This document shows positions 1 through 11,214 of a stretch of DNA of 64,000 nt, piece by piece. A program made the translations under genes and the position numbers. The stretch is from the IMG/VR virus record IMGVR_UViG_3300031998_000008, positions 143,930 to 207,929 of that record; one strand, 5' to 3'. The stretch is from a virus (Duplodnaviria > Caudoviricetes). The notes below the pieces were generated by a model, which was given only the letters and a program-made list of their open reading frames with translations, had not been told where the DNA came from and did not search any database. Every line of letters begins with the position of its first letter. The first letter of the stretch is position 1.

Positions 1-1606
1 GGATGAAATCAAGAAATATAGGAATTTCATTTTATTCATGGATAATATTGGTGCAATTCTTGCTGATAAAGGTAAGAATGACTATGAAATCTCTTCAATG
101 CTTTCACGTGGTCTTGAAACCGGTGAAATCCAAGTAATCGGTACTTCAGATTTTGCTTCTTATAGAAAGACATTCGATAAAGACCCAAGTTTGGCAAGAC
201 GTTTCCAAAAGATTATTGTTGAATCACCAAGTATTGATGAATCAATTAGAATTTTGGATGGCATTAAGGAATCATATGAGACCTACCATAAGGTTAGATA
301 TGAAGATGGTGTTATCGAAGCATGTGTAAAACTTGCGGATAAGTACATTTCAGAACGTAATTTGCCTGATTCAGCAATTGATATTCTTGATGAAATTGGT
401 TCATTGAATGGTACATCAAACGAGCCTACTGCTCTTAAAGAACTGAAGGCCCGTATTACGTTATTTGAGGATAAGATGGATGAAGCAAAGAGGGAAAAGG
501 ATTATGAAAGTGCTGATGCTATTTCAAAAGAAATTATTTTGTTGAAGAAACAATATAACGAGGAAAAGGATAGTTACGAAAAGGACCGTAACGAAAACCA
601 TATTCCTGTAACTGTTAATGACATTCTTAACCTTATTTCAGTTAAAACAGGTATTCCTGTAAGCAATCTTAATTCAGATGACAAGAAGAAATTGTCAGGA
701 ATGAATGATAGGCTTAAAGAAAGTGTTGTTGGTCAAGATGAGGCAATTGACACTGTTTGCAAGGCGTTGAAACGTAATAGAGTTGGCCTTAGCAATAATG
801 GTTGCATGTATAGTTACATGGCAATTGGTAAAACAGGTACAGGTAAAACCTTGTTGGCAAAGAAACTTGCTAAAGAGTTATTCGGTGATGAAAAGGCCCT
901 TGTTAGATTTGATATGTCTGAATATTCAGATAAGGTTTCAGTAAACAAACTTATTGGCTCAAATCCTGGTTATGTTGGATATGAAGAGGGTGGACAATTG
1001 ACTGAAACAATCAAAAATAAGAAACATTGCGTTCTTTTGCTTGATGAAATTGAAAAGGCTGACCCTGAGGTTTACAACATTTTCTTACAGGTTCTTGATG
1101 AAGGATTCTTAACAGATAACTCTGGCCAGCGTGTGGATTTCAAGAATGTAATCGTGGTATTTACATCAAACGTTGGTGCAAAGGCTGCAAGTGAATTTGG
1201 TAAAGGAATCGGATTTGCTAACGATGAGGAAGAAAATACAAAGAGAATCTTGTTGAAACAACTTAAAAATAGATTTCCACCTGAATTTCTTAACCGTATC
1301 AATGATGTTATATACTTTAACACATTGAATGACGATGACCTTAATTCAATTATTAAGATTGAAATTGGTAAACTTGAGAGCAGGTTAAATGGAATGGGAT
1401 ATTCCATGGAATATGACAACGATGTTGTTCAATACATTCTTAAAGAAATACAAGATGAAAAAGACTTCGGTGCAAGACCTATTATTAGGTGTATTCAAGA
1501 AAACATCGAAGACAAACTAACGGACAAACTTCTTGAGAATGATTACGAAAAAGGATATGTGTTCAAAATTTCTTGTCCTGAATTAAGTGCCGTAACAGTC
1601 GCTTAA
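1..1606 (+). CDS. clpC: ClpC-like AAA+ unfoldase (5' truncated by window)
   Basis: Frame open from window start; DPSLARRFQ, ERNLPDSAID, UVR-like coil (EKDYESAD), NBD2 Walker A GKTGTGKT, LLLDEIEKA, IGF ClpP-docking loop (GKGIGF), GARP. Confidence 0.9.
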   Translation, partial: DEIKKYRNFILFMDNIGAILADKGKNDYEISSMLSRGLETGEIQVIGTSDFASYRKTFDKDPSLARRFQKIIVESPSIDESIRILDGIKESYETYHKVRYEDGVIEACVKLADKYISERNLPDSAIDILDEIGSLNGTSNEPTALKELKARITLFEDKMDEAKREKDYESADAISKEIILLKKQYNEEKDSYEKDRNENHIPVTVNDILNLISVKTGIPVSNLNSDDKKKLSGMNDRLKESVVGQDEAIDTVCKALKRNRVGLSNNGCMYSYMAIGKTGTGKTLLAKKLAKELFGDEKALVRFDMSEYSDKVSVNKLIGSNPGYVGYEEGGQLTETIKNKKHCVLLLDEIEKADPEVYNIFLQVLDEGFLTDNSGQRVDFKNVIVVFTSNVGAKAASEFGKGIGFANDEEENTKRILLKQLKNRFPPEFLNRINDVIYFNTLNDDDLNSIIKIEIGKLESRLNGMGYSMEYDNDVVQYILKEIQDEKDFGARPIIRCIQENIEDKLTDKLLENDYEKGYVFKISCPELSAVTVA

Positions 1607-1608
1607 TA

Positions 1609-1638
1609 AAAAAGCCCGATTTAGTTCGGGCTTTTTTT
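1609..1638. terminator. Bidirectional intrinsic terminator
   Basis: AAAAAGCCCGA-TTTAGT-TCGGGCTTTTTT between convergent genes. Confidence 0.8.
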
Positions 1639-4148
1639 TATTTCATTCTTGCTCTTTTTGGAATTTCAAAACTAAAATTCTTATTTTGAGGAACAAATAA
1701 TGTATTAGTTGATAGAACATTTGTTAATTCCTTGAAAGCTGAAGAATTTGCTGAATGTATATAATACATTGGTATTTGTTCACCATGCTTTTTGCAATAA
1801 TTCACTAAGAATATAGCACAATCTTTTGAACTTTTCCCATCAGTTGATGCAGCGCCTAAATCCCTATCAAATGATATGAATTCAGGAACACCATTTTTCT
1901 GTATGTATTCAACAAACTCAGTGTAATTATGCACACAGTCAAACATTATATTATATTTTTTCATTAGTTCAACAAACGCAATTTGGTTGTTCATTCCAAC
2001 TTTACTTGTTTGTTTTCCTTGTGCGGCTAATTCAAATTGTTTGAATGGCTTTCTTGTATCATCAACCCATAATATTTTTAGGTTTTGCTTTCTCTTGCTG
2101 TATCCATTTACAAACTCTGAGCCGTATTCAATGTTCGTTGACAATTTCTTTATTTCTTGTTCTTCAGGTGAAACTTCACGTCTTGACGGTGATAAAGATG
2201 GGTCGTTTGTAAAATTAAATCCACCTTCAGGTTTAAATAATGGTATTCTTCCAAGAGTCCAACTTTCTGACATTTGTCCAAAAGTTATCGGAAGCATATA
2301 TCTCTTTTCTATTCCTTTTTGCATAAATTGATAGCAAACATCAGATAATGTTGAACCACCGCTTATGTTATCATCAAAAACAATAAATAATGTTCCTTTT
2401 ATTCTTTCCAATTCTTCTTGTACATGCTTTATTGTCTCAGGACTTGTTGTGTGTGGGTCATCATCAAATCTGTATATGTTTCTAAGTCCCATTCTTTCAC
2501 CGTTTGATATTTTTTTGATTTCAAATGGTGATGGCCTCCATTCACATATTTCATATGGGTTTTTCAAATAAGGTTCACCATCAATTTCACTTCTTTCACC
2601 CCATAGGCGTGTTTTAATCATTTCAATAATTTTTCTTGTTCTGTTTTCTATTGATGGGCCTTTTGAATATTTGATAGGTTTAATTATCTTATATAAAGTA
2701 ACTTTTGAGTCTTCATCAGTTATTTCGTTGTGATAATGTGCATCACGTATTATTTGCTTTATGTAATCAGCATAAAGTTTGTAATGTTCTGCAATTCTGT
2801 CTATTGCGGTTTCTTGATTTTTTGCATATTTTAAGTTTTGGATACAATGAAGTATTTTTTTCGTTTGTAAGTTTACTAAATTAATTGTTTGTTGTGCTTT
2901 TTGTATGTTTGTGCTTCTGTTTATATCGTTTTGTAGGAAGTTCATAACAGAAGTTTCTCTCTTTGACCTTGGTGAATCATAAAATCCTTGATTCATTCTA
3001 ACAAAATCTGAGTCAATTTGAAGATTGTTCAAGTCTTTTGTGAGTATATTTGTGTCAATTGCTTGAATTGGCATTCCACATACTTGTAACTTTGATAATT
3101 CTTGTGCCATTTTTACATTAAAGTTGCTTGAACTTTTTATTGGATAAATTGATATGGCCCTAAATTCTGTATCAGGACGCATTCTTAAATCCTTCATATA
3201 ATCTTCAACGACAATTTCAATTTTTCTTTTGAATTGATTCATGAAATCATTAAACTCGTTTGCTTCCATGTCCATTTCATATTCCTTGCCACCAATTTCT
3301 GCTTTTGCCTTTTGTGAATCAAAATAGTGTTTGAAATATTGCATTACGTATTCACCTTTAATTGATGTTATGTTATATGACATCAATCCGCCTTTTAATT
3401 GTACTTTGTATGTGTCGTTGTTTGATTTATCCATTAAGTCGGTTTTAAGTTTTTCACCACTTAAAAGATTTCCTTTTGCACGGTCAGTTCCGTTATCACC
3501 GTTTTTCTCATAATGAATCATTGCTTTTTTACCTTTAATCCTGTCAATATATGCAGATTCATTAAGTTTACTTTCTTCTAATTTTTTCTTTTGGATTTCA
3601 ACGTAGTCAGCGAAAGGTTTTCTTTGCTTATTGCCCCTGTAAAGCCATTTTTTGAATAGTCTTAAAGAAACACCAGTAATAGACCTAAACCCAGTCCAAC
3701 CTTTATTGTAGTTTGATAAATATGCACTTTTTGCTTCTTCTTTTGACTTGAAGCCAATCATAACTTTACTTTCGTCAAATTCACCATCTTTGTTGTTTTG
3801 GTCAATGACATATACTTTATCAAAGTCATCTGGATATGGGCCAATGAAAACATCAACGGCATCACCGTCTTTTCCGTTACCACTTGTGTTCCTAAAGTAT
3901 CCATAGTGATTTTGCATGGTTACTTCACCATATCCTTTATCGTTTTTGTATTTTCTAACTGAGCCTTTGGGGTTTTCTATTGAAATTGGCATGCCTTTAA
4001 CTGAAAAATGACCCATTTTATAGTTTCCGGCTTCTTTTTGCGCATCCGTTGGGGTCAAATTAACATTCTTGCACTCAGCGTCAATTTCTGACGTTGAAAC
4101 TTCAGATATAAGGTGTTTGAACTGTTCTTCTGTCAATATAATTTTCAT
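1638..4148 (-). CDS. Multidomain protein: inorganic-pyrophosphatase-like domain + PRTase-like domain + cyclic-phosphate-processing receiver-like domain
   Basis: ISIENPKGSVR..HYGY..DGDAVDVFIG..FDESKVMIGF; IVFDDNISGGSTL; ILWVDDTR..ISFDRDLG..YIHSAN. Confidence 0.7.
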   Translation of the reverse strand: MKIILTEEQFKHLISEVSTSEIDAECKNVNLTPTDAQKEAGNYKMGHFSVKGMPISIENPKGSVRKYKNDKGYGEVTMQNHYGYFRNTSGNGKDGDAVDVFIGPYPDDFDKVYVIDQNNKDGEFDESKVMIGFKSKEEAKSAYLSNYNKGWTGFRSITGVSLRLFKKWLYRGNKQRKPFADYVEIQKKKLEESKLNESAYIDRIKGKKAMIHYEKNGDNGTDRAKGNLLSGEKLKTDLMDKSNNDTYKVQLKGGLMSYNITSIKGEYVMQYFKHYFDSQKAKAEIGGKEYEMDMEANEFNDFMNQFKRKIEIVVEDYMKDLRMRPDTEFRAISIYPIKSSSNFNVKMAQELSKLQVCGMPIQAIDTNILTKDLNNLQIDSDFVRMNQGFYDSPRSKRETSVMNFLQNDINRSTNIQKAQQTINLVNLQTKKILHCIQNLKYAKNQETAIDRIAEHYKLYADYIKQIIRDAHYHNEITDEDSKVTLYKIIKPIKYSKGPSIENRTRKIIEMIKTRLWGERSEIDGEPYLKNPYEICEWRPSPFEIKKISNGERMGLRNIYRFDDDPHTTSPETIKHVQEELERIKGTLFIVFDDNISGGSTLSDVCYQFMQKGIEKRYMLPITFGQMSESWTLGRIPLFKPEGGFNFTNDPSLSPSRREVSPEEQEIKKLSTNIEYGSEFVNGYSKRKQNLKILWVDDTRKPFKQFELAAQGKQTSKVGMNNQIAFVELMKKYNIMFDCVHNYTEFVEYIQKNGVPEFISFDRDLGAASTDGKSSKDCAIFLVNYCKKHGEQIPMYYIHSANSSAFKELTNVLSTNTLFVPQNKNFSFEIPKRARMK

Positions 4149-4150
4149 TT

Positions 4151-5140
4151 TTACATCAAAAAATTACTGTCAAGCGTTCCATGTACGCCAATTTTATTAT
4201 TCAACCAAGCATCCATGACTTTTGTCAAGAATAACTCACGTTCTGTTTTATCCAAGAACATTTTTTGGAATGTATCAATAAGATAATCTTTCAAATCGTC
4301 AGTGTACATATATTTTAACACATTATCACCATCCATCATACCGACAATTTTGATTTTCTTTTTCTTACCACCTTCCAATGTTGTATAATTGAATTGTCTG
4401 AAGTTGTTATCAAGGTGTTTTTTGACTATAAGAACCTTTTCAGGGTCTATACAATACGGCTTGTTCATTTTTTTATCAACAGGCATTTGCGCTTTTTGTA
4501 TATCTGATTCTTTTAGAAGTTCTATAAGTCTTTTTTCCTGTTCTTCTGATATTATGAGTTTTTTACATTCGTTCATTTGTCTTGCTTGTTGTATTTTTGC
4601 TAACCTTTCTCTGCATTGTTGTAATTCAGCGAACATTTTTTGTGCTGTTTCATTGAAATCAGAACCATTCATTATTTTGTCACCTTGGTTTTCCTTATCA
4701 TTTAAAATGTCAGGTATTTTTTCACCTTGGATTAATATGTCTGTGTCGCTTTTATCGTTTTTTTCTGATATTTGCCAACCGTCTTGGTTAATTTTTTCCG
4801 CCAATTGGTTAAACTCTTGTCCATGTTCTGGAACAATTTTCAAAACGAATAAACAATACATGTGAATCATTTCATGGAGCAATGAGTTTTGTATTGATGA
4901 TTCGGTCCTGTAATATCTGTTTGTAAATGCCATTTCACCTGATGATGTGACGTTGGTGATTTTGTTTCCATTATACTCAGCCGTTTCGTTATTATAACAG
5001 GCCCAATTATTAGCAGGACACCTATAACTAAATTTTGGCATTGGTAATTTACCACCAAAATACTTGGTATTAAATGCCTTGAAATTAGTTACAAGCCACT
5101 GTGTATTTGGGACCATTTTATTTTTATCGTATTGCTCCAT
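4151..5140 (-). CDS. SprT-like zinc metalloprotease domain protein
   Basis: FNTKYFGGKLP, LLHEMIH, HGQEF; start likely at MEQY. Confidence 0.75.
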   Translation of the reverse strand: MEQYDKNKMVPNTQWLVTNFKAFNTKYFGGKLPMPKFSYRCPANNWACYNNETAEYNGNKITNVTSSGEMAFTNRYYRTESSIQNSLLHEMIHMYCLFVLKIVPEHGQEFNQLAEKINQDGWQISEKNDKSDTDILIQGEKIPDILNDKENQGDKIMNGSDFNETAQKMFAELQQCRERLAKIQQARQMNECKKLIISEEQEKRLIELLKESDIQKAQMPVDKKMNKPYCIDPEKVLIVKKHLDNNFRQFNYTTLEGGKKKKIKIVGMMDGDNVLKYMYTDDLKDYLIDTFQKMFLDKTERELFLTKVMDAWLNNKIGVHGTLDSNFLM

Positions 5141-5346
5141 GCAAATTTTCGGTTTTATCTTTAAGTATAAATAGTTTAAGGGCATAAAAAAAGCAGACCG
5201 AAGTCTGCTAAAAACTATTCGAGTAAACGGCGCTCGGTAACATACTTTAATATGCGCTCACTATACTAAATGTTTTGCTATAATTATCATTTACTTTGTA
5301 AAAAGATATTTTTTTTGTATAATTTATATGAAAATTTTTAAAAAGA

Positions 5347-6075
5347 ATGAAATATCAGGGAAATAAGAATAGAATTGTTGATGATATATTGCCTATCTTG
5401 TTGAAAAACAGAAAGGAAGGCCAATGGTATGTTGAGCCTTTTTGTGGAAGTTGTTCTGTGATTCAGCGTGTTAGTGGAAATAGGCTTGCGTCTGATAAGA
5501 ACAAGTATTTGGTTGCTATGTGGAAATCTTTAATTGAAGGAAAAGAAATGCCAACAAACATACCAAAGGAATATTATGATGATGTTAGAGATTGTTTCCA
5601 TGGAAGAAATGATAGGTACACTGATGATATAATCGGATGGGTTGGATATATGGCATCATTTAATGGCAGATTTTTCGATGGAGGATATTCTGGCCACAAT
5701 GTTGTTGGTAAAAACGGAAAGGCGAGAGATTATATTGCTGAGAACATTGCAAACACAATGAAGCAGCCTGAATATCTTAAAGACGTTGTGTTTACAAGTG
5801 GCGATTATGATACAATAGAAATTCCTGATAATTCAATTATATATTGTGACCCACCTTACAGGAACACGAAACAATATCAATTTTCAAGAGATTTTGATTT
5901 TGATAAATTCTATATATGGTTAGTTGAAATGGCAAAGAAAGGACATGAGGTTTATATATCAGAGTATGCAATGCCTGATAATTTTGAATGTATATGGTCA
6001 AAGGAAGTGACTAATGCCATGAATCCAACAATCACAAAACAAACAGTTGAAAAATTATTTATACCAAAAATATAA
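5347..6075 (+). CDS. DNA adenine methyltransferase (Dam/D12 class)
   Basis: MKYQGNK, YVEPFCGSCSV, IYCDPPY. Confidence 0.9.
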   Translation: MKYQGNKNRIVDDILPILLKNRKEGQWYVEPFCGSCSVIQRVSGNRLASDKNKYLVAMWKSLIEGKEMPTNIPKEYYDDVRDCFHGRNDRYTDDIIGWVGYMASFNGRFFDGGYSGHNVVGKNGKARDYIAENIANTMKQPEYLKDVVFTSGDYDTIEIPDNSIIYCDPPYRNTKQYQFSRDFDFDKFYIWLVEMAKKGHEVYISEYAMPDNFECIWSKEVTNAMNPTITKQTVEKLFIPKI

Positions 6076-6077
6076 TA

Positions 6078-7667
6078 ATGGGAGAAATAAAGTTTAGTGA
6101 AGAGCAAAACGCAATATTTGATTTTGCTGAGCATGGTATATTAAACATGATTATTCAGGCAGTTGCAGGTGCAGGAAAAACAACAACACTGGTTGAATGC
6201 GCAAATAGGATTAAGACTGATAAGCGTGTTATGCTTTTGGCCCACAATAGGTCAACAAGAGATACCTTAGTTGAAAAGATTGGGGATAGAAAGAATGTGA
6301 AGGTATATACAATCCATGGACTTGCATATAGAATGTTTGTTGAACATTTTGAATTCAATCCAAATATTGATGATGACAAATACAGGAACTACATAAACAA
6401 AAACATGGATGAACTTGCAAGCGAAGAATATTTGGCAATGCCAAGGAATGCAAGGATGATGTATAAGTCCAATGTTTTTGATTTGATAAATAAGGCCCGC
6501 CATAATCTCAAAAAGTCTGAGCGTGAGTTAAAAAGACTTGCCGAAAAGAAATATGGAATGATATTGCTTGCAGATGAATGTGCATTTGTCAGCAAGATTC
6601 TTGATTGGGGGTATAAAACAACAGACATTGTTGATTTTCAGGATTTGCTTTGGTATCCAAGCCAATATGGATATTATACAAAGAAATATACGGCAGACAT
6701 AATAATGCTTGATGAAGCACAAGATGCTTCTATAGCACAACAAGACGTTATTAGTAGGTGTTTTAAGCGTGAAACAAGAATGTTCTCTTTTGGCGATAGG
6801 GACCAAACAATCAATTCATGGTGCGGAAGTGATACTGCATCATTTGAGCATCTTAAAGATAAGGATTTGTTCAGGCGTGACTCTAAAGAGTTTCCATTGA
6901 CAACAAATTATAGGTGTGGAACGAGAATCATAGATTATGCAAAACAATATACAAATAACAATATCCATGCAAGGGAAGATGCTCCTGAAGGTGAAATAGT
7001 GTTTGGGGCCCATGTAAGCGACATTAAGAATGGCGATATGGTGTTGTGTAGAAACATATCTCCATTGATGGAGTTTTACAGAATGGGCGTTGCAAACGGT
7101 AAAAAGATGTATTTCAAAGGTGAAGAACTTGGTAAATCAATTATCACAGCAATAGACTGTTCATATGGTGATACACCTGCTGAAATATTGGATAGTTTGA
7201 AGCGTAGGCTTATTGCTACATGGGATTTTCTAACTGAGGAAACTGGCCTTGATAAACATGAAACAATGTCAAATCCAATTATAATTTCACTATTGGATAC
7301 GATAAAAACTATAGAAAATTTTCCAAAAACAGTTGAAAATAGAGAAGATATTGAGAAATTTATAAATGAGATATTTTCAAATGAGGAAAATGGCGGTATT
7401 GAATTATCAACCATACACAGGGCAAAGGGACTTGAATCTGAAAATGTATTTATAATATGCCCGTCATTGATTCCAAGTAAACTTGCTGAAAGCGATTGGG
7501 AAATAGAAGAGGAAAAGCATCTTCAATATGTTATGTGTACAAGGGCCAAGAATAGTCTTAATTTTGTATCCGAACAAGAAATAAAGCCAAGAACGTTCTT
7601 TTCAGAAAAGAACATACTATATAAAGAATTAGAAACAATTAGAACAGAAATATCAAAAAATGAGTAA
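6078..7667 (+). CDS. UvrD/Rep-like SF1 helicase
   Basis: AVAGAGKTTT, LDEAQD, GDRDQTI, LTTNYRC, STIHRAKGLE, YVMCTRAK. Confidence 0.9.
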   Translation: MGEIKFSEEQNAIFDFAEHGILNMIIQAVAGAGKTTTLVECANRIKTDKRVMLLAHNRSTRDTLVEKIGDRKNVKVYTIHGLAYRMFVEHFEFNPNIDDDKYRNYINKNMDELASEEYLAMPRNARMMYKSNVFDLINKARHNLKKSERELKRLAEKKYGMILLADECAFVSKILDWGYKTTDIVDFQDLLWYPSQYGYYTKKYTADIIMLDEAQDASIAQQDVISRCFKRETRMFSFGDRDQTINSWCGSDTASFEHLKDKDLFRRDSKEFPLTTNYRCGTRIIDYAKQYTNNNIHAREDAPEGEIVFGAHVSDIKNGDMVLCRNISPLMEFYRMGVANGKKMYFKGEELGKSIITAIDCSYGDTPAEILDSLKRRLIATWDFLTEETGLDKHETMSNPIIISLLDTIKTIENFPKTVENREDIEKFINEIFSNEENGGIELSTIHRAKGLESENVFIICPSLIPSKLAESDWEIEEEKHLQYVMCTRAKNSLNFVSEQEIKPRTFFSEKNILYKELETIRTEISKNE

Positions 7668-7890
7668 GTTAATAAGACGTGCTAAAAAACTAAATTCTGA
7701 CACCGAAAACCATTTTATATATGAAGAAGGTGAGGTTGCAAAGATAGGGCCAGTTCCCTATGATGGCGATTATGATTTTAGTAAAAATGGCGCATCATAT
7801 ATAACTGAAGGCTTGTATTTTTCTGATAATAACTTTTTCCCAAGAAGAAGCTTCGAGGGAAATGACATAAAACATCCATATAAGATATGA
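7660..7890 (+). CDS. hypothetical protein
   Basis: ORF overlapping helicase stop, operon-like. Confidence 0.55.
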   Translation: MSKLIRRAKKLNSDTENHFIYEEGEVAKIGPVPYDGDYDFSKNGASYITEGLYFSDNNFFPRRSFEGNDIKHPYKI

Positions 7891-8111
7891 AATCAAAAAA
7901 AGAGTATGCAATGACCGATAACATGTATTCGGTTTACATGTACGAAGAAAATCATTATCAGTATAAGCATATATTTATGCCGAATGCAATATCTGGGAGA
8001 AATTCAGCAAGTCATATAATAAATGGAAACGGGTTTAATGGCCCACAAAGAGCACGTAGCCTTTTTGATTTAACAAGATGGCTTCTTTATGAATCTTGGG
8101 AAAAAATTTGA
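7887..8111 (+). CDS. hypothetical protein
   Basis: ATGA overlap with previous ORF. Confidence 0.55.
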   Translation: MKSKKEYAMTDNMYSVYMYEENHYQYKHIFMPNAISGRNSASHIINGNGFNGPQRARSLFDLTRWLLYESWEKI

Positions 8112-8316
8112 TAATATGAAATGCGAAAAACTTATAAAAGATTCTCCATGCTATGTTATTACATATGACTTTGTAAAGAATAAACTGAAATGGGGCCCGA
8201 TAAAAAGATTCTCATTTTCAAATGTGAAAAGCTCATTAAAGAATATTCTTGAATATAAGAACTTATATAAGGTACATGGAATTGGGGATTACAATAAAAT
8301 CAATAAAAGATTTTGA
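8089..8316 (+). CDS. hypothetical protein
   Basis: Operon-like packing. Confidence 0.5.
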   Translation: MNLGKKFDNMKCEKLIKDSPCYVITYDFVKNKLKWGPIKRFSFSNVKSSLKNILEYKNLYKVHGIGDYNKINKRF

Positions 8317-8318
8317 CC

Positions 8319-8504
8319 ATGGGAAAATTTGTTAGGGATAACCTCCATTATTCATATAGATTAGGAAAAAGAAAACCTGTCGTGTCAAAATATAGCGGGT
8401 CGTTTTTTCAAATAAGGGATGAAGTATCTTTTGAAAGAAACGGAAACAGATTCTCAATTGAAGATAATTACTACAAAGTGTATAGGATAAGAAAAAGAGT
8501 TTAA
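8319..8504 (+). CDS. hypothetical protein
   Basis: Operon-like packing; ATG at 8319. Confidence 0.45.
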   Translation: MGKFVRDNLHYSYRLGKRKPVVSKYSGSFFQIRDEVSFERNGNRFSIEDNYYKVYRIRKRV

Positions 8505-8562
8505 TTAATTTTGAAAAAATAATTTTTATTTGTATAATATAGTAAATAATTTTGATTAACAC

Positions 8563-9678
8563 ATGATTGAAGGAATTAAAAAGATTGAAAACATCAAATT
8601 ACCATTCGAAAGTTCAGGCAGATATGGCGATGTTGATGGAATTTCATTACAAAACTTATTTTACGCTAAGAATGGCTATTTTCCTGGATGCTATCTATTC
8701 GATTATGAATCAAGAACAAACGGTGACTACAAGTTTGATACCAAGAAAATAGCAAAGTACCTTTTGGAAAATACGCCAAAAGATGAAAACATTGAATTTA
8801 CTCCTTATTTTACAACAGTTCTTGGAAACAAGGAAGATAAGACAAATCTTGGTTTCTGTATTATTTTGAATAAAAGTAACATTTATGCAAGATTTGAAAC
8901 CTCAGTAACGGAATCATATGTTCTTTTTGACAACAAGCACATTGATGAATTGAATTCATTTGTTGAATCAGTTCTTCAATTCTATATTGCTCCTGAGGGT
9001 GAAGAAAACAATATTTGGAGATTGTGCAGTAGTCAATCTGGATATTATCTTGATAAGGGTAAGGTTAAGATTTATCAAAACTTTGATATTAATAAACTTT
9101 ACAACGATGGATTTGAAGTTGAGGATGAAAAAATCCGTAATTTCATTGCTGAAGATGATAAAAGTGGTCTTGTTATTCTCCATGGAGAAAAGGGTACAGG
9201 AAAAACTTCATACATCAAACACCTTGTCAATTTATTCCCGAATAGAAAGTTTGTGTATGTTCCTGCAAGTATGATTAGCCTTTTGGGTGAACCATCATTC
9301 GGCTCATTCCTTATCACATTGAACAACCATGTTATTGTTCTTGAAGACTGTGAGAATGCAATTAGGGATAGAAGAGAAAATGGTAGTGCATCTGCCGTTT
9401 CATTGCTTCTTAACATGACCGATGGATTGCTTTCAGATGACCTTGGAATGAAATTCATCTGCACATTCAACGAAGACATGAAGAATATTGACCCTGCTCT
9501 TTTGAGAAAAGGTAGATTGATGTCAAAATATGAGTTTAAGGAGTTGGCAACAGATAAGGCTGAGGCAATTCTTAGTGAACGTGGAATTGAAACAACACTT
9601 ACAAAACCAATTACTCTTGCAGAAATTTTCCACTATGGAGAAGCTGGCTATGAGACTGTTAAAAAATCAATTATTTAA
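8563..9678 (+). CDS. AAA+ ATPase
   Basis: [35 protein letters not shown]. Confidence 0.85.
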   Translation: MIEGIKKIENIKLPFESSGRYGDVDGISLQNLFYAKNGYFPGCYLFDYESRTNGDYKFDTKKIAKYLLENTPKDENIEFTPYFTTVLGNKEDKTNLGFCIILNKSNIYARFETSVTESYVLFDNKHIDELNSFVESVLQFYIAPEGEENNIWRLCSSQSGYYLDKGKVKIYQNFDINKLYNDGFEVEDEKIRNFIAEDDKSGLVILHGEKGTGKTSYIKHLVNLFPNRKFVYVPASMISLLGEPSFGSFLITLNNHVIVLEDCENAIRDRRENGSASAVSLLLNMTDGLLSDDLGMKFICTFNEDMKNIDPALLRKGRLMSKYEFKELATDKAEAILSERGIETTLTKPITLAEIFHYGEAGYETVKKSII

Positions 9679-9896
9679 TGGGTAAGAAAGATTTAATAGT
9701 ACAGGAAGGATTAGTAATACAAGCATTACCAAATGCCATGTTCAAGGTTGAACTTGATGATAGTGGTATAGTGTTGTTATGTGTTATAAGTGGGAAGATT
9801 AGGCAAAACTATATAAAGATACTTGAAGGTGATAGGGTGAGGGTTGAAATTTCACCCTATGACCTAACAAGAGGTCGTATTGTAACAAGATTATAA
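9678..9896 (+). CDS. infA: Translation initiation factor IF-1
   Basis: [43 protein letters not shown]. Confidence 0.95.
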   Translation: MGKKDLIVQEGLVIQALPNAMFKVELDDSGIVLLCVISGKIRQNYIKILEGDRVRVEISPYDLTRGRIVTRL

Positions 9897-9917
9897 ACTT
9901 TTTTAAATATTAGTACT

Positions 9918-10283
9918 ATGTTAGAAAGATTATTTAATTTACTTCAAAGTAAGTCATTTGAAGATGAAATGGCTTCAATGTTTGACAATGTAAAACTTAT
10001 TGCTCCATTTTGGGGCGTATCAACGTTTAACAATGTTTCAAACTTTGCATTAAAAGATGGCGTTTATGAACTTTCAATGGATGTTGATGACAACGCCACA
10101 GCAGACAATGTTGAAATCAATCTTGACAAGAAAAATGTGTTGAGCATTAAGTATTCAGTTAAGACTGTTTCATCAGAACGCATGGTAAGCGTAAGAGAAT
10201 CACTTCCTGAAGATTGTGATTCAGACACACTTGATGCATCAATTAAAAATGGTAAACTTGTTGTTACTGTAAACCAAAAGTAA
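9918..10283 (+). CDS. Hsp20/alpha-crystallin small heat-shock protein
   Basis: C-terminal LPEDCD..LDASIKNGKLVVTV. Confidence 0.75.
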   Translation: MLERLFNLLQSKSFEDEMASMFDNVKLIAPFWGVSTFNNVSNFALKDGVYELSMDVDDNATADNVEINLDKKNVLSIKYSVKTVSSERMVSVRESLPEDCDSDTLDASIKNGKLVVTVNQK

Positions 10284-10350
10284 TACAGGAATACTTAAAA
10301 TAAAAAAGGAGAGCTTAACAGCCCTCCTTTTTTTATTTAATATAATTATT

Positions 10351-11187
10351 TTATTTCTTTATTGAATCCAAATATTTTATGATTCCATCAACGTGCGTTT
10401 TGATAACGGCTTCTCTACCTTCATCAGATAAAATGTATTTAACATCATCAACATTGTCATAGAAGAAGTTTTCTGTCAAAACAGCAGGACAATATGTCTT
10501 ATATATGATATAGAAGTTTGATTCCCAATCACTATCTCCATCTGTCTTGTCAGTTCTTATTTGATGACCAACGAAGTTCTTTTTTGCCTCATCATATAGG
10601 CATTCAGCAAAAGCATCACTTTTTGTTGTTCCTTTTGTTGTGAATGCACACCAGCCTCTTGCTGATTTCCATTCTCTTCCGTTTCCTGCGGCATTTGCGT
10701 GAATTGAAATTAGTATTACATTTGATGTACCGACTTCATTACATATTGCATTTGCCCTGTTTGCACGTTCCTTTAATGAAATATCAATTTCCTCAGGTAC
10801 AAGTATTCTTGCGTCATATCCAAGGTCTTTTAGCCTTTTATGGACTTCATTTGATATTTCTCTATTCCATTTGTATTCGTAAAATTCTATTTCAGGTTTA
10901 ACACCGTAGCAAGAATATGGGCTTTTCTTCCCTGGCGTGTTATACCCGTGTCCGTTGTCAATTAAAATAACCATCTTACAATCGTTAGATGTTGGTTCTC
11001 CTGATTGGCCTAAATTTGGTTCATCATTTGGCTCATCATTGGGGTCATCAATGGGCTCATAATTAGGCTCATCATCGTTTACAATCGTGTCATTCTCATT
11101 ACTGATAATCTCAGTGTCTTTAGGCTCTTCCTTTTTACCGAATAGAGACTTAAAAAAATTAATAATAGCCATAAAAATTTTTTTCAT
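10351..11187 (-). CDS. N-acetylmuramoyl-L-alanine amidase (Amidase_3; endolysin candidate)
   Basis: LIDNGHG, E.KWN, LKERANRAN, ISIHANA, PAVLTENFF; N-terminal amphipathic helix and DEPN linker. Confidence 0.9.
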   Translation of the reverse strand: MKKIFMAIINFFKSLFGKKEEPKDTEIISNENDTIVNDDEPNYEPIDDPNDEPNDEPNLGQSGEPTSNDCKMVILIDNGHGYNTPGKKSPYSCYGVKPEIEFYEYKWNREISNEVHKRLKDLGYDARILVPEEIDISLKERANRANAICNEVGTSNVILISIHANAAGNGREWKSARGWCAFTTKGTTKSDAFAECLYDEAKKNFVGHQIRTDKTDGDSDWESNFYIIYKTYCPAVLTENFFYDNVDDVKYILSDEGREAVIKTHVDGIIKYLDSIKK

Positions 11188-11214
11188 TTTTTTTACGTTT
11201 TTTAATAAATAGTG

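Noticed and set aside
8563-9678. AAA+ ATPase as the sigma54 activator
   Set aside because: No GAFTGA loop; motifs fit a classical AAA clade protein
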